A stretch of 64,000 nucleotides of DNA from a virus: IMG/VR virus record IMGVR_UViG_3300013094_004547, positions 10,781 through 74,780 of that record. One strand, given 5' to 3'. A program made the position numbers and the translations under genes. Positions 27,200 through 36,931 of the stretch are shown in pieces (the first letter of the stretch is position 1; every line of letters starts with the position of its first letter). The notes beneath the pieces were generated by a model, which worked only from the letters and a program-made list of their open reading frames with translations, was not told where the DNA came from and ran no database searches.

Positions 27200-29232
27200 G
27201 ACGAGCGCCTGATCCGGGGTGCAGCCGCGGCGGGTGCCGGCGGCGGTGGTGGCGGTGCGGGCCGCGGCGCCGGAGCTGGAGCTGCGGGTGCAGCCGGGGC
27301 GGCGTCGGCGATCGGAAGAGCCTCGTCGGGCTCCTCGGCGGCTGCGCCCGTGTTGGAGCGTTCGGGCGCGTCGGGCATCTTGCCCAGCGCCACGTACCGG
27401 CGTGACTGGCTCTGGAGCCCGCAGACGGCCGCGTAGGCGTAGACGAAGCACACGCCGGCCTCGTGAGCGGCCTTCGGCTTCGCCCACTCGGTGTAGCCGA
27501 GCCGCTGATGCACCACGAGCTTCTCGCGGGTGAGCTGCTCGAAGTACTCGGCGTCGATCGGGCGCGAGCCGGCGGCCGGGACCAGCGGGAAGTGGACGTG
27601 CCGCGGTCCCGGCTCGATCACGGTCAGCGAGCCGTAGGCGAAGTCGCGGGCGGCGTTGCCGCCGATCATGTACCAGGACGAGCCGAGCTTCGTGGACGCG
27701 AGCCGCGGCCAGACCTTGGTGCGGCTGCCGCGCGCCTCGTTCTTGCCCTTGATCGCCCACACCCGGCGCTTCCGGCGCTCGGTGCAGAACGCGTAGACCT
27801 CGGACGTATGGTGGCCGCCGGAGTCGATGGCGGCCGCCTTCACGCGCAGCTCGGTCCCGTCCCCCTTGCGGAAGGTCCGCTTCAGGAGCGCGTCGAGCGC
27901 CTTCCAGACACCGGGCTCGGCCGGGTCGCCCATGAGCACGAAGTGGCCGATCAGGGCGCATTCCAGCCCCGGGCCCCAGCCCCAGACCGCCGCCTCGACA
28001 CGCCCGTTGGCGCCGGACTGAACGTCGCCGCCCAGCGTCAGGAAACTCACGAAGTCCGGGACCTCGGCACCGTACTCGCCCCGCCGGTCGAGGAAGGCGG
28101 ACGGCTCGATCTCCTGACCGAAGGTCTGCCGATGGACGCGGCCGAGGACGTTGTTGTTGAACGTCTGGACCTTGCCGGCCGGGTCGGTCAGCGCCTCCAG
28201 CCATTCTTGGACGATCATCGTCCAGGCGGCGTTCGCGTTGAGCGACATGCCGGTCCAGAGGTGGAAGCCGGCGTGAGGCGTCTTCGGAGTGGCGGTCGGC
28301 TGCCAGACGCCGCGGGCGTCCATCCAGGCCTTGCGGGCCTCGTCTATGATGCAGCCGCAGGTGCCCTGGTACCAGACGGACTTGAGCGAACCGTCGGGGC
28401 CGAGGTCGTACTTGATCCCGTGGGTCGTGCCCTTGCCGCCCCAGTCGAGGTACTGCAGCTCCTTGCACTGCGGGCATGGCACGAAGTAGCGCCGCTGGTC
28501 GGAGGCGAGCCAGCGCTGCCAGATCCGGCTGGTCGACTCTAACAGCGGCGTCGAGCCGACGATCTGCTTGCGGTTGTAGAAGGTCTCGCCGCGGGTCCAG
28601 AACAGCTTGAGCTTGTCGCCCTGGCTGCCCGCGCCCGGCGTCCAGCCGTCGGCGTCGAGCTCGTCACCGATCTGGAAACGGGCGGAGTAGCGCCGGAACG
28701 CGTCGTCGGCCGCCGCGCCCACGATGCGCACGAGCGCGCCGTTCGAGAGCTGGAAGAACCGATTGCTATCCTGTTTCTCGCCGCGCCGGACCGGGCGGAT
28801 CATCCGCGCCAGCACCGGGGTTTCGCGCAGCATTGGCGCGATCTCGGTGGCGCCAAACTCCTCCGCGTCGCCCATCACCGGCTGCGCCAGTGCGCACAGC
28901 GTCGGATCCTGGTGGAGGTGGTACCCGATCGCGAGGGTCGCGCAGCGCGAGTAGCCGACGCGCGCCGCCTTCAGGACGGAGACGAGCGGGATCTCCGGAT
29001 CGCAGAACGCGTCCATGAGGCCGCGCTGGTAGCCGTAGAGGGTGACCGGACCGCTCTCGGCCCCGGTCGACTTCGGGATCCGCCCGTATCGCTCGGCCCA
29101 CTCCGAGCCGCTCATGCGCGGCTTGAAGGCAAGGGCGTCGTCGAACAGGGCGTCGAGGGACCGGCGCGCGGCCTCGTGCCCGGCGGGGTACTCACCCCTC
29201 CGGTGCTGGCTGATCCTCTCCGCTGGTGTCAT
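27190..29232 (-). CDS. Terminase large subunit (lambda gpA family)
   Basis: KAARVGYS, DELD, GSTP, SDQRRYFVPCPQC, GGDVQ, IDSGG, WAIKG. Confidence 0.96.
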   Translation of the reverse strand: MTPAERISQHRRGEYPAGHEAARRSLDALFDDALAFKPRMSGSEWAERYGRIPKSTGAESGPVTLYGYQRGLMDAFCDPEIPLVSVLKAARVGYSRCATLAIGYHLHQDPTLCALAQPVMGDAEEFGATEIAPMLRETPVLARMIRPVRRGEKQDSNRFFQLSNGALVRIVGAAADDAFRRYSARFQIGDELDADGWTPGAGSQGDKLKLFWTRGETFYNRKQIVGSTPLLESTSRIWQRWLASDQRRYFVPCPQCKELQYLDWGGKGTTHGIKYDLGPDGSLKSVWYQGTCGCIIDEARKAWMDARGVWQPTATPKTPHAGFHLWTGMSLNANAAWTMIVQEWLEALTDPAGKVQTFNNNVLGRVHRQTFGQEIEPSAFLDRRGEYGAEVPDFVSFLTLGGDVQSGANGRVEAAVWGWGPGLECALIGHFVLMGDPAEPGVWKALDALLKRTFRKGDGTELRVKAAAIDSGGHHTSEVYAFCTERRKRRVWAIKGKNEARGSRTKVWPRLASTKLGSSWYMIGGNAARDFAYGSLTVIEPGPRHVHFPLVPAAGSRPIDAEYFEQLTREKLVVHQRLGYTEWAKPKAAHEAGVCFVYAYAAVCGLQSQSRRYVALGKMPDAPERSNTGAAAEEPDEALPIADAAPAAPAAPAPAPRPAPPPPPPAPAAAAPRIRRSSWL

Positions 29233-29791
29233 CGACGGTGACGCGCTCCCCGAACCACCGCGCCGCGATCTCCTCGCGTGCGGCCTTGAAGGCGCGGTTC
29301 GTCTCCGCGCGCACCATCCCCTCGATCTCGGGGGCGCTGGTGATCGTCGTGGCCCGGGCCGCGATCTTGGCGGCCATGTTCGACAGGCCGGTCTTCAGGA
29401 CCTGGCAGAAGGTCGAAAGGTCGTTGACCGCGTCGTGGCGCGAGACGACCGTCTTCAGCGCCTCGTCTGCGTCGATCTCCGCGCGGATGGCGTTGGCCAC
29501 CGCGCGTCGGCGGTCAGCCTCTTCCTTGGTGATCTGCCCAGCCTCGCCCTGGCAGCTCGCCACCGCGTTCTGCACGGCGCGGGACATGCGCCACTCGACC
29601 ACTTCGGAGAGCGACAGCTCCCACTCGATGCCACGGTCCCGGTCGGCCCGTTGGATGACCGGGCACCCGTCGTCGATCCACTTCGAGACGGTGTTGCGAT
29701 GGACGTCGAGCAGCGCCGCGATCCGCATCAGGCTGAAGGGCCCGCGCAGGTTTTCGACGCTGCCCGGCGAGGGGGGTGCTGATGCTGCCAT
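29192..29791 (-). CDS. Terminase small subunit (Nu1-like)
   Basis: wHTH IAALLDVHRNTVSKW..GCP..W...V.EW followed by coiled coil. Confidence 0.88.
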   Translation of the reverse strand: MAASAPPSPGSVENLRGPFSLMRIAALLDVHRNTVSKWIDDGCPVIQRADRDRGIEWELSLSEVVEWRMSRAVQNAVASCQGEAGQITKEEADRRRAVANAIRAEIDADEALKTVVSRHDAVNDLSTFCQVLKTGLSNMAAKIAARATTITSAPEIEGMVRAETNRAFKAAREEIAARWFGERVTVDDTSGEDQPAPEG

Positions 29792-29823
29792 CGATTTCAA
29801 AAATTCTCAGAGGGTGAACCAGT

Positions 29824-29868
29824 GGGGTCCGAATTCCCCTCACCGCCACCCCCCTCCCGGAAGGACCC
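29824..29868 (-). other. Putative cos region with lambda cosQ heptamer GGGTCCT
   Basis: GGGTCCT (29862-29868) then TCCGGGAGGGGGGTGGCGGTGAGGGGAATTCG, just upstream of the small terminase. Confidence 0.65.
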
Positions 29869-29958
29869 TGGATTTGGCCAGGGTGGGGGCAGGGGTCGGC
29901 CCATGGGGCCGGATGGTCCTCTCGTCGCCTGCGCGGGCCGCCGGCGGCCCCGAGCGGA

Positions 29959-30702
29959 TCAACCCTTCCGGCGCACGTCGTTGACGACGAACCGCTCCCA
30001 GCCCGCCCGGAAGTGCTTCCGGTAGGCGACGGGCACCACGGCGCCCGCCTTCTCGTAGTAGGGGAACCGCTTCGAGTAGCTGACGCCCTTCACGAACAGG
30101 AAGATCGGGACCGCAAACTTGTCCTTCTGCAGGTAGATGCCGTTCGGCGCCTTCCCGTGGTCGCGGAAGACGACGTACTCGACGTTCCGCCCGGCGTTCC
30201 GGCGCTTTGAGCGCGCGGTGGTGTTCTGATGCCGGTCGGACTGGGCGCCGACCGCCGAGAGCATGCGGGTAATGAAGGCGCCCGACACGTTCCCGTTGCC
30301 GTCGCGCGGGCAGCGCGTGCTGGGCACGGCGAACTCGCCCGCGAGCATCAGACCCTTGCGGATCAGCAGGACCTCGAACCGCTTGTGGCGGCGTGTGCCG
30401 CCGGCGACCTGCGGGCCCAGATACTTCCAGGCCGGGATCGAGCCGTTGCCTTCCTTAAAGCCGAGCTCCGCCTGGAGGCGTCGCTTCGTGGCTGGCCGGA
30501 CCATAAGGCTGTTGAGCGTGAAGTTCGACGGCTGGTCGAACACAGACCGCATGGTCTCGCGCTCGGCCTCGCGGGCATCCTTCATCGCGTTGGTCAGCGC
30601 GAAGGCAGCGACGAAGGGGACTTGCTTGGCGGCGCGCCCGACGGCCTCGGCCTTCAGACCGAACTCGCTGGCATCGAGCTTGAGCACCGGCTCACCGTCC
30701 AA
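29959..30702 (-). CDS. Conserved phage protein upstream of cos (possibly gpZ-like neck/tail protein)
   Basis: QVPFVAAFALT, VFDQP..FT, PATK..L, YL.PQV.GG.R..KRFE. Confidence 0.7.
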   Translation of the reverse strand: MDGEPVLKLDASEFGLKAEAVGRAAKQVPFVAAFALTNAMKDAREAERETMRSVFDQPSNFTLNSLMVRPATKRRLQAELGFKEGNGSIPAWKYLGPQVAGGTRRHKRFEVLLIRKGLMLAGEFAVPSTRCPRDGNGNVSGAFITRMLSAVGAQSDRHQNTTARSKRRNAGRNVEYVVFRDHGKAPNGIYLQKDKFAVPIFLFVKGVSYSKRFPYYEKAGAVVPVAYRKHFRAGWERFVVNDVRRKG

Positions 30703-30765
30703 CGGTGATGGTCTTCACCTTGCCCGAGACAGGGTCGAGGATCGTCAGCGTCTGGGCGGCCATGG

Positions 30766-31035
30766 TCAGCAGGCCTGCATCGGTTGCGGAACGTTGCGGG
30801 CCTGCTGCACCAGGCGCGTGGCCGGGCGCTCGACCGTGAGCTCGGCGGCGTTGTCGAGGACCAGGACGGTCACGTCCTGGACGCCGGCGGCCGCACACAT
30901 GCGGATCAGATCGTCCTGCCAGCGCGCGGCCGTGGCCGGCTGCAGCTTCTGGGACGTGCGCAGCACCAGGATATCGCCGTGACGGACCTCAAGGCGATCC
31001 AGCTGGCGATCGAGATCTTCGGACAAAAGGTTCAC
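30766..31035 (-). CDS. Hypothetical protein coupled to the recombinase
   Basis: GTGA overlap with the recombinase stop; LEVRHGDILVLR. Confidence 0.65.
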   Translation of the reverse strand: MNLLSEDLDRQLDRLEVRHGDILVLRTSQKLQPATAARWQDDLIRMCAAAGVQDVTVLVLDNAAELTVERPATRLVQQARNVPQPMQAC

Positions 31036-31880
31036 CGGACTATGCGGGCGTGGCTGCCCGGGCGGTTGACGTGGGTCACGGCGCCGTCCGTCACGAAGAC
31101 GTACTCGACCTTGCCCGAATATACTTGGTTGTTGAGCAGGTAGCTCACGTTCGAAGGCCACCAGCGCTTGCCCTTCGGCGACGGCACGCCGTCGGCGTTC
31201 AGGCCGTCGGCGATCGCCTTGAGGGTCCGGCCGGCACCGTTCTCGTCGAAGATCCGGCGCACGATCGGCGCACGCTCGACGTCGATCAGCAGGCCGCCCT
31301 TCCCATCCGACAGGTAGCCGTACGGGATGACACCGCCGGCGAACCCGCCGCGGCCGGCCTTCTGCATCCGGCCACCTTTGGTGCGCTCAATGATGACCGA
31401 ACGCTCCTGCTCGGCCATTGCCGAGAGGACGCCGAAGATGAGCTTGCCCGAGGGCGAGCCCGTGTCGATCGCCTCGGTGACCGAGCGGATTGTCACGCCG
31501 TGCATCGTGTCGAGCTCAGCCGACGTGGTGACCGCCAGGGCGATGTTGCGCGCCAGGCGGTCGAAGCGTTTCACCAGCAGCACGCTGAAGCGCCGATCGG
31601 CGGCGAGCTGCAGGACTTGGCTGAAGCCTGGCCGCTCGGCCGGCTTCACCGTTCCGGAGACCCCGGGGTCGGCCAGGACCTGGACGAGGTCGAGGCCGAC
31701 GGCCGTGGCGTAGGCGCGGATCGCCTGCTCCTGCTCGGGCAGGCTGTTGCCGCGCTGGGCCTGCTCGTCTGTCGACACCCGAAGGTAGCCGACGGCGAGC
31801 GCACGGACCTCCTCGCGCTCGGCCGCCTGGACAGCATTCCTACGGAGCGCGCGCCGGGCGCGGGCGCTACTTGCAGCCAC
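31032..31880 (-). CDS. Serine recombinase (resolvase catalytic domain plus recombinase domain, no zinc ribbon)
   Basis: GYLRVSTDEQ, D.GVSG..RPG, DRLAR, E.ER..I.ERT..G, PYGY, IA..LN..G, L.N.VY.G. Confidence 0.93.
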   Translation of the reverse strand: MAASSARARRALRRNAVQAAEREEVRALAVGYLRVSTDEQAQRGNSLPEQEQAIRAYATAVGLDLVQVLADPGVSGTVKPAERPGFSQVLQLAADRRFSVLLVKRFDRLARNIALAVTTSAELDTMHGVTIRSVTEAIDTGSPSGKLIFGVLSAMAEQERSVIIERTKGGRMQKAGRGGFAGGVIPYGYLSDGKGGLLIDVERAPIVRRIFDENGAGRTLKAIADGLNADGVPSPKGKRWWPSNVSYLLNNQVYSGKVEYVFVTDGAVTHVNRPGSHARIVR

Positions 31881-32174
31881 CCGCAAACCCCTGTTTTTGC
31901 TAGCGTTTTTCTGACGCCCGAGCGCCAATTACTACATCTCAAGAGGTCTAGAAATTGGCCGGTTTGGCGCGCGGTTTGGACGGGCTTGGGCTCGATCCAA
32001 TAAGTTGACGGAACCACGTCCGACGACCACCGCGAGCCGCCGGTTCGCGGTCCCGGAGTAGCGCGATTTATTAACAACCAGGGACGGCCCAGCGCGAAGC
32101 GTAAAAATTTATAGGTCTGCTTCGCGGCGACTTATCGGCGGTAGGGCACTATCGCGCTGCTCTAGGAGTAGCCG

Positions 32175-32576
32175 ATGTTCCCTTTTCGCAAAGCCCTCGT
32201 CGCAGCCGCTTTCACCGCGCTGATCCCATCGCCGGTCCTATTCGCCCAAGCTGATCAGGGTCGGCCCGCTTCGACCTCTGATGTGGCGACGCCTAGTCGG
32301 GCGTATCCGCTGCGCGTGGAAAGCACGATGGCCATCAACATTCCCGTAACGGCCGGCGCGGGTACCGAGGAGCAGGTTAAACAGATCGCCGTCGCTCGCG
32401 CCTACCTGTATCAGGCAGCGGCTCAAGATTGCGAAAACCTGAAGCAAGCCTTCAAAGCGGAGTGCCGGTTGCTGAATGTGCGGGTGAACAGCAACGTTCA
32501 GTCGAGGGGATCGTCAGGCGAGACGATGTTCATCAACGTCCAGTCCTCGTACGAGGTGATGATCCGTCCGAACTGA
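32175..32576 (+). CDS. Exported accessory (moron) protein
   Basis: AGGAG RBS, signal peptide, C-x10-C, AT-rich upstream region, opposite strand. Confidence 0.75.
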   Translation: MFPFRKALVAAAFTALIPSPVLFAQADQGRPASTSDVATPSRAYPLRVESTMAINIPVTAGAGTEEQVKQIAVARAYLYQAAAQDCENLKQAFKAECRLLNVRVNSNVQSRGSSGETMFINVQSSYEVMIRPN

Positions 32577-32671
32577 TGGGCAGCGCTATACAGGCTTGAG
32601 AGCGTTCGCACCTTAAGCGGCAAATGCTCGGGCAAAGCCCAATGCGAACCGGCGGTACCAGGCGCGGAGCA

Positions 32672-32818
32672 TCATTCGTCCCGCAGGATCCGGCCCCACT
32701 CGGCGAGCAGGGCCATCGGCAGCTGGTAGTTCGCCTCGATGATAAGGGTCGCTGCGGCCGCGTAGATGCCGATCAGGGACCAGAGATCGAGGTGAGCCGG
32801 CGGGTCAGAGCGCGTCAT
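32672..32818 (-). CDS. Small hydrophobic protein (48 aa)
   Basis: MTRSDPPAHLDLWSLIGIYAAAATLIIEANYQ..., translated by hand. Confidence 0.45.
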   Translation of the reverse strand: MTRSDPPAHLDLWSLIGIYAAAATLIIEANYQLPMALLAEWGRILRDE

Positions 32819-33209
32819 CGCCAATCAGGTCCTCGACGATCGCATCGCGCTCCGCGTCCGACTCCGCGAGCTGGAAGAGGTGCAGCTCCGTAGCGCGGTC
32901 GGACCGGGCCCAGTCGAGCGCCTCCCACATGGCGCCGCGATGGCCTGCTCCGACGATGCGGGCAAGGCCGCCATCACCGCGACGAACCGCCAGGAATACG
33001 GCGCCCGGCGCATCGACTGCGACAGCCTGCACGAGCGTGAAGACGGCAACGAGGTAGCGACGGCCCGACACCCCACGCCATGCGGACAGGGCGACTGTCG
33101 ACGATCGCGTCGAGGTAAGCCGTTCCTCACGGACTTCCGGGCGGGCCTTTCGATCACTCCCGATGCGGGAGAGTTCGTTCGACCAAGCGAGGCGTCTGCG
33201 CGAACTCAT
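32805..33209 (-). CDS. Hypothetical protein (AWRGVSGRRY motif)
   Basis: ATGA-coupled; WRG.SGRRY and ELHL..LA...R..I..DL. Confidence 0.7.
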   Translation of the reverse strand: MSSRRRLAWSNELSRIGSDRKARPEVREERLTSTRSSTVALSAWRGVSGRRYLVAVFTLVQAVAVDAPGAVFLAVRRGDGGLARIVGAGHRGAMWEALDWARSDRATELHLFQLAESDAERDAIVEDLIGDDAL

Positions 33210-33409
33210 GACCGCGACCCGCACACAACCTTGGTGTAGCGGCCGTCGCCAAGGAGACGATCCCGGGCAACGCTCGTCTGGCCGGCCATCATGCAAGCGA
33301 AGACGGAGGGCGTCTTCACAGTGATGACGTCGAGGGCAGTGTCGCGCTGGCAATCGGGCTGCGCGATCGAAGCGGCACACACCAGGATCAGGGCGAAGAC
33401 CGTGTTCAT
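33206..33409 (-). CDS. Small exported Cys-rich protein
   Basis: LILVC..PDC..TALDV..ACMMAGQ..YTKVVC. Confidence 0.7.
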   Translation of the reverse strand: MNTVFALILVCAASIAQPDCQRDTALDVITVKTPSVFACMMAGQTSVARDRLLGDGRYTKVVCGSRS

Positions 33410-33612
33410 GCGGTATTCCCCAGGGTGAGAGCGGCGACTAGGACGCAGGCGGCAAGCGCAAAGTGAAGGGCGGCGATCAGCAGGACGTCGCGGAACGACG
33501 TCTCGGCCGAGCGGCGCGGGTGGTGGGCATCGAGGCCGGCGATCGCGATCAGCAGCACCAGCGCCACCGCGATGAACGGGATGGGCGCGAGGCTCATGAT
33601 CGGGTCGTCCAT
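33406..33612 (-). CDS. Small two-TM membrane protein (holin-like topology)
   Basis: Two hydrophobic helices; coupled to the next gene. Confidence 0.55.
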   Translation of the reverse strand: MDDPIMSLAPIPFIAVALVLLIAIAGLDAHHPRRSAETSFRDVLLIAALHFALAACVLVAALTLGNTA

Positions 33613-33613
33613 C

Positions 33614-33769
33614 TCAGCGGCGCGCGTCCTTGGTCGGAAACAGCGCCGCGCACAGCGCCACGACCAGGGCGATCGCCAGGACCTGCGCTGTCAGCGGCGA
33701 CAGGCAGACCGGCGGCACGAACGGCGCGATGCTCTCGGGCGTGGCGACGTCGAGGATGAGGCCATCCAT
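33614..33769 (-). CDS. Small membrane protein (51 aa)
   Basis: MDGLILDVATPES..AQVLAIALVVALCAALF. Confidence 0.5.
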   Translation of the reverse strand: MDGLILDVATPESIAPFVPPVCLSPLTAQVLAIALVVALCAALFPTKDARR

Positions 33770-33770
33770 G

Positions 33771-33971
33771 TCAGGATCCTTGCGTCACGCCGAAACAGCG
33801 CAGCGCCTCGTCGGCCGAGAGCTTGGCGATCGGTCCTGAGACGACGCCGAGTTTGGCCGGGCCGGCGAACAGTTCGCGCTCGCCGCGGTAGACCGTCGGC
33901 TCGGCCACCGAGGCTGGCGCGATCCGCAGGCCGAGCAGAATGCCCAGTCGGGCGGCGAAGCGGGCGATCAC
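33771..33971 (-). CDS. Hypothetical protein
   Basis: GTGA-coupled to the upstream ORF. Confidence 0.45.
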   Translation of the reverse strand: MIARFAARLGILLGLRIAPASVAEPTVYRGERELFAGPAKLGVVSGPIAKLSADEALRCFGVTQGS

Positions 33972-34348
33972 AACCGCCACGCCTGCATCACGGCGCGTGC
34001 ATGCTCGCGCTGCTCGTCGACGAAGTGATCGCGGAACACGGGCAGGCTGAGGCCACGCACCATGGCGCGCTCGTCGGCCATGCTCGGGGCAGCGACGACG
34101 CGTGTGGCGTCGGCTATCTCGCTCCCGCGCAGGTCGCGGATCAGATCCCGGAAGACGCCGATCATGGTGGGCGAATGGACGACGACCACCGCACCGCCCT
34201 TCGGCAGGCTCATAATCATGCGATGGGTCCGACCGGACCGGCGCTTCTCGCCCGCGGACGGCTTGCCGGCGTCCAGGCGCTCGGACGCAGAGTAGCCCCG
34301 CGCATCCGCGGCGACGCCGACGCGCAGAGGTGTGTCCTGAAAAAGCAC
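33968..34348 (-). CDS. Hypothetical phage protein
   Basis: RRSGRT.RM..LPKGGAVVVVH..RGL..PVF.DH. Confidence 0.65.
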   Translation of the reverse strand: MLFQDTPLRVGVAADARGYSASERLDAGKPSAGEKRRSGRTHRMIMSLPKGGAVVVVHSPTMIGVFRDLIRDLRGSEIADATRVVAAPSMADERAMVRGLSLPVFRDHFVDEQREHARAVMQAWRL

Positions 34349-34527
34349 TCAGATCACCACGATGACGAGGGTGCCGAAGCTCACCCGGGAATAGTCTCCG
34401 GAGACGCGGGCGCGCAGGCTCTCGGCCCGACGCCGGAGCTCCGGTGTGCAGGCCGTGCAGGCGAGGGCCGCGTCGCACATCGCGACGGTGGCGAGGCGCT
34501 GGCGAAGCGACATGGTCGGTCCAAATG

Positions 34528-34550
34528 AAAAACCCCGCGCGATGGCGGGG
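34528..34550 (-). terminator. Rho-independent terminator
   Basis: CCCCGC-N6-GCGGGG-TTTTT. Confidence 0.6.
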
Positions 34551-34576
34551 CGTAGGTCGGAGTATCGGGCCGGGTG

Positions 34577-34843
34577 TCAGACGCGGATGACGCGTGCGGT
34601 CCTGGTGCGCTCACGGTGGCGCAGGACGGCGGTAGGATCGGGAGGTCGCGCACGGCGGGCCGGACCGGGTTCGTGGCCCGGCCAGCTGCCGGTCAGATCC
34701 CGATAGAGGCGCCGGGCATGGTCGCGGATCTCGTCGCGGTCGGCGACGTAATCTTCCTGGGTGTGACGGTGACTCGGGGCGCGCAACCGGTCCGCCAGGA
34801 GGCAGAGGCCGTGCAGGCGCTCGACGATGTCGCGTTCGGTCAC
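34577..34843 (-). CDS. Hypothetical protein
   Basis: ERL..L.LLADRLRAP; GC3 bias. Confidence 0.6.
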   Translation of the reverse strand: MTERDIVERLHGLCLLADRLRAPSHRHTQEDYVADRDEIRDHARRLYRDLTGSWPGHEPGPARRARPPDPTAVLRHRERTRTARVIRV

Positions 34844-35048
34844 GGCCGCGGATCCGTCATGGGAGCGAGCCTACCAAGAATTGGACCGCTTTGGGAGCGG
34901 ATGGAACAGGTGCGGGCCGGGGCTACAGCTTCAACCACTGCCACGGAGGCAGTTGCGGGTCTTTCAGGCATCCTGGCTGGCCGGCTTACTGAGATGCCTT
35001 GTTCACGGGACGAGGCCCGCCGCACCATCTCGCATGGGCCGCAGCCCG

Positions 35049-35087
35049 AAACGACGAAGGCCCCGGCGGGTGTCCGCCGAGGCCTTC
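35049..35087 (-). terminator. Terminator-like hairpin after the methyltransferase
   Basis: GAAGGCC.CGGCGG-ACAC-CCGCCG.GGCCTTC. Confidence 0.55.
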
Positions 35088-35130
35088 TAGAATTTCGCAG
35101 GGTCCGAACTACCGCAAGCCGTTCTCCCGG

Positions 35131-35913
35131 TCAAGCTCCATTCCCGCCGGATTGCGTCGCGGGAGTCCGCATGGCCACGAGCATGGTGCGCCCTTGCTGT
35201 TGGTAGTAACCATTCTCCATTGAGGTGCGGATGTCGTTGCCGAGCATGTCATATTGCTCGTAGATCATGTCGAAGCCGCACTCTTTGAGCGTCTGGATCA
35301 GCGCAGGCTTCGTGGGCCAGAACGACCGCTTATTGCTCCACGACGTCCACTTGTGCTCTTCGAGCTTCGAGGTGTCGTCAAGATCGTGTTCGTGCAGCCA
35401 GCGACCGGGTAGACCTTCATTCTCCGTCAGTGGAGAGAGATTGAACATGGTCTCGTCTTGATCCGTCGCGAAGTGCGTGTGCAGGATGATTACGTCCCTG
35501 ACGCACCGGGACATTAGCCTAATGAATTCAGCTGGCTTATCGAGATGGTAGAGCAGCCCGCAGCAAAACGCGGCATCGAAGGTGCCATGTGCGGATAAAC
35601 TCCAAACGTCGTCATTAATGAAGCCGACGTCGCTCGTGCCTGTGCCCTCCTTGACGTGCAGGCAGTTCTCGAAATTGGATTGGCGCACCTCGATCCCGGT
35701 CGCCCGCATCCCGGCGCGGGCAAACTCGATCGTGTAGCCACCTTCGAGGCAGCCGAGATCAACGATGGTGCGGCCCACCAAGTCGTGTCCGTAGAACAGG
35801 CGGAGTGATCGGAGTGCCGCCTGGGTCCACGGACTATCCGCAATGAGCCAGCCCGCTTCAGGCAACGTCTCCGAACCGTCCGCCAGCCGGATGTTGTGCG
35901 CGGTGAAGCTCAT
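35131..35913 (-). CDS. Class I SAM-dependent methyltransferase, accessory gene
   Basis: IVDLGCLEGG, GIEVR, FD..FCCGLLYHL..P; GGAGG RBS; lower GC. Confidence 0.88.
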   Translation of the reverse strand: MSFTAHNIRLADGSETLPEAGWLIADSPWTQAALRSLRLFYGHDLVGRTIVDLGCLEGGYTIEFARAGMRATGIEVRQSNFENCLHVKEGTGTSDVGFINDDVWSLSAHGTFDAAFCCGLLYHLDKPAEFIRLMSRCVRDVIILHTHFATDQDETMFNLSPLTENEGLPGRWLHEHDLDDTSKLEEHKWTSWSNKRSFWPTKPALIQTLKECGFDMIYEQYDMLGNDIRTSMENGYYQQQGRTMLVAMRTPATQSGGNGA

Positions 35914-35995
35914 AGATCCTCCCGAATGCCCGCCGATGTATCTGCGTCGCGGGCTTCGGGGCCACCGTACCCGTCTCAGAGCATGACGGAAATGT

Positions 35996-36931
35996 TCATG
36001 CGGTCCGTTCGCTCGGCGGTGTCCAATCCCGTGGGTCGATCTTCCGAACCGGTGAGGCGCGGAGCGGAGCGGCGCGGCGCCCAGCGACCCGGTGGTTCCT
36101 CTCGATGTGCCGGCGGGGGCGAAGGTTTGGCAACGGCACACGCTCCTCTTCCACCCGCTCCACCCAGGGTGCGATCGACGCCTTTGGCGGCAGGACTTCG
36201 ATGCTGGTGAGGAACTGAAGTGCCGGCACGAGGTAGACGAGCGCGGCGTGCCAGTAGGCGTAGCGCAGTTGCTCCTCGACCACTTCTGTCCCGGTACGGG
36301 TGTAGTTCAGCTTACAGAACAGGCCGGTGTCGCGGCTGTCGCCCTTCGAGGTCGCGATCTCGTCGTGGCTGGTGAACCACGGCTTGCCGTCCGGGCCCTC
36401 ACCGCAGGGCGTGTGTACGGTCCGCCAGAGCGTGATCTTGCCGTTGTCCGACATCGCCGGCTCGACTTCGATGCCGCTCCCGACCCCGGGAGGCCTGCGG
36501 ATCGCGGCCGTCACGAGCCAGGATGGCGTCGCATACATCGCGGCCGAGGTCATCACCCCGAGGTCGGCCTTGCCGCGCAGGTTGAACTGGATGGGATAAG
36601 GCGTGAGGTCGAGCGGGCAGGTGGCCGAGCCGGCGGCCGCCTTTTGCAACGTCTCGCTCAAGACCTGAAGGTGTGCCTCGATCGTGATGGCGTCCGGATG
36701 GGGATCGCCCATCGCCGGCGGCATGCCAGGCTCACGGCTCCAGTTGTCGACCGGTCCACCCATCGCGACCATGCGCCAGACCGGGTCAGACGCGCACCGA
36801 GGGCCGCGGATCGGGCTGTCCGCCCGGCGCTTCGGCAGTTCGTCGCGGATCGCCCAGCGCAGCGCCTCCTCGATCGTCATTTTTCGGCGCTTGCCTGCGC
36901 CTAGGGTGGTGCTCTGCTTCGTTGCCGGCAC
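35996..36931 (-). CDS. Hypothetical protein in late-regulator (Q-like) position
   Basis: IEEALRWAIRDELPK, PHPDA, Y..WH.AL..L, APW; position before the late genes. Confidence 0.6.
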   Translation of the reverse strand: MPATKQSTTLGAGKRRKMTIEEALRWAIRDELPKRRADSPIRGPRCASDPVWRMVAMGGPVDNWSREPGMPPAMGDPHPDAITIEAHLQVLSETLQKAAAGSATCPLDLTPYPIQFNLRGKADLGVMTSAAMYATPSWLVTAAIRRPPGVGSGIEVEPAMSDNGKITLWRTVHTPCGEGPDGKPWFTSHDEIATSKGDSRDTGLFCKLNYTRTGTEVVEEQLRYAYWHAALVYLVPALQFLTSIEVLPPKASIAPWVERVEEERVPLPNLRPRRHIERNHRVAGRRAAPLRASPVRKIDPRDWTPPSERTA

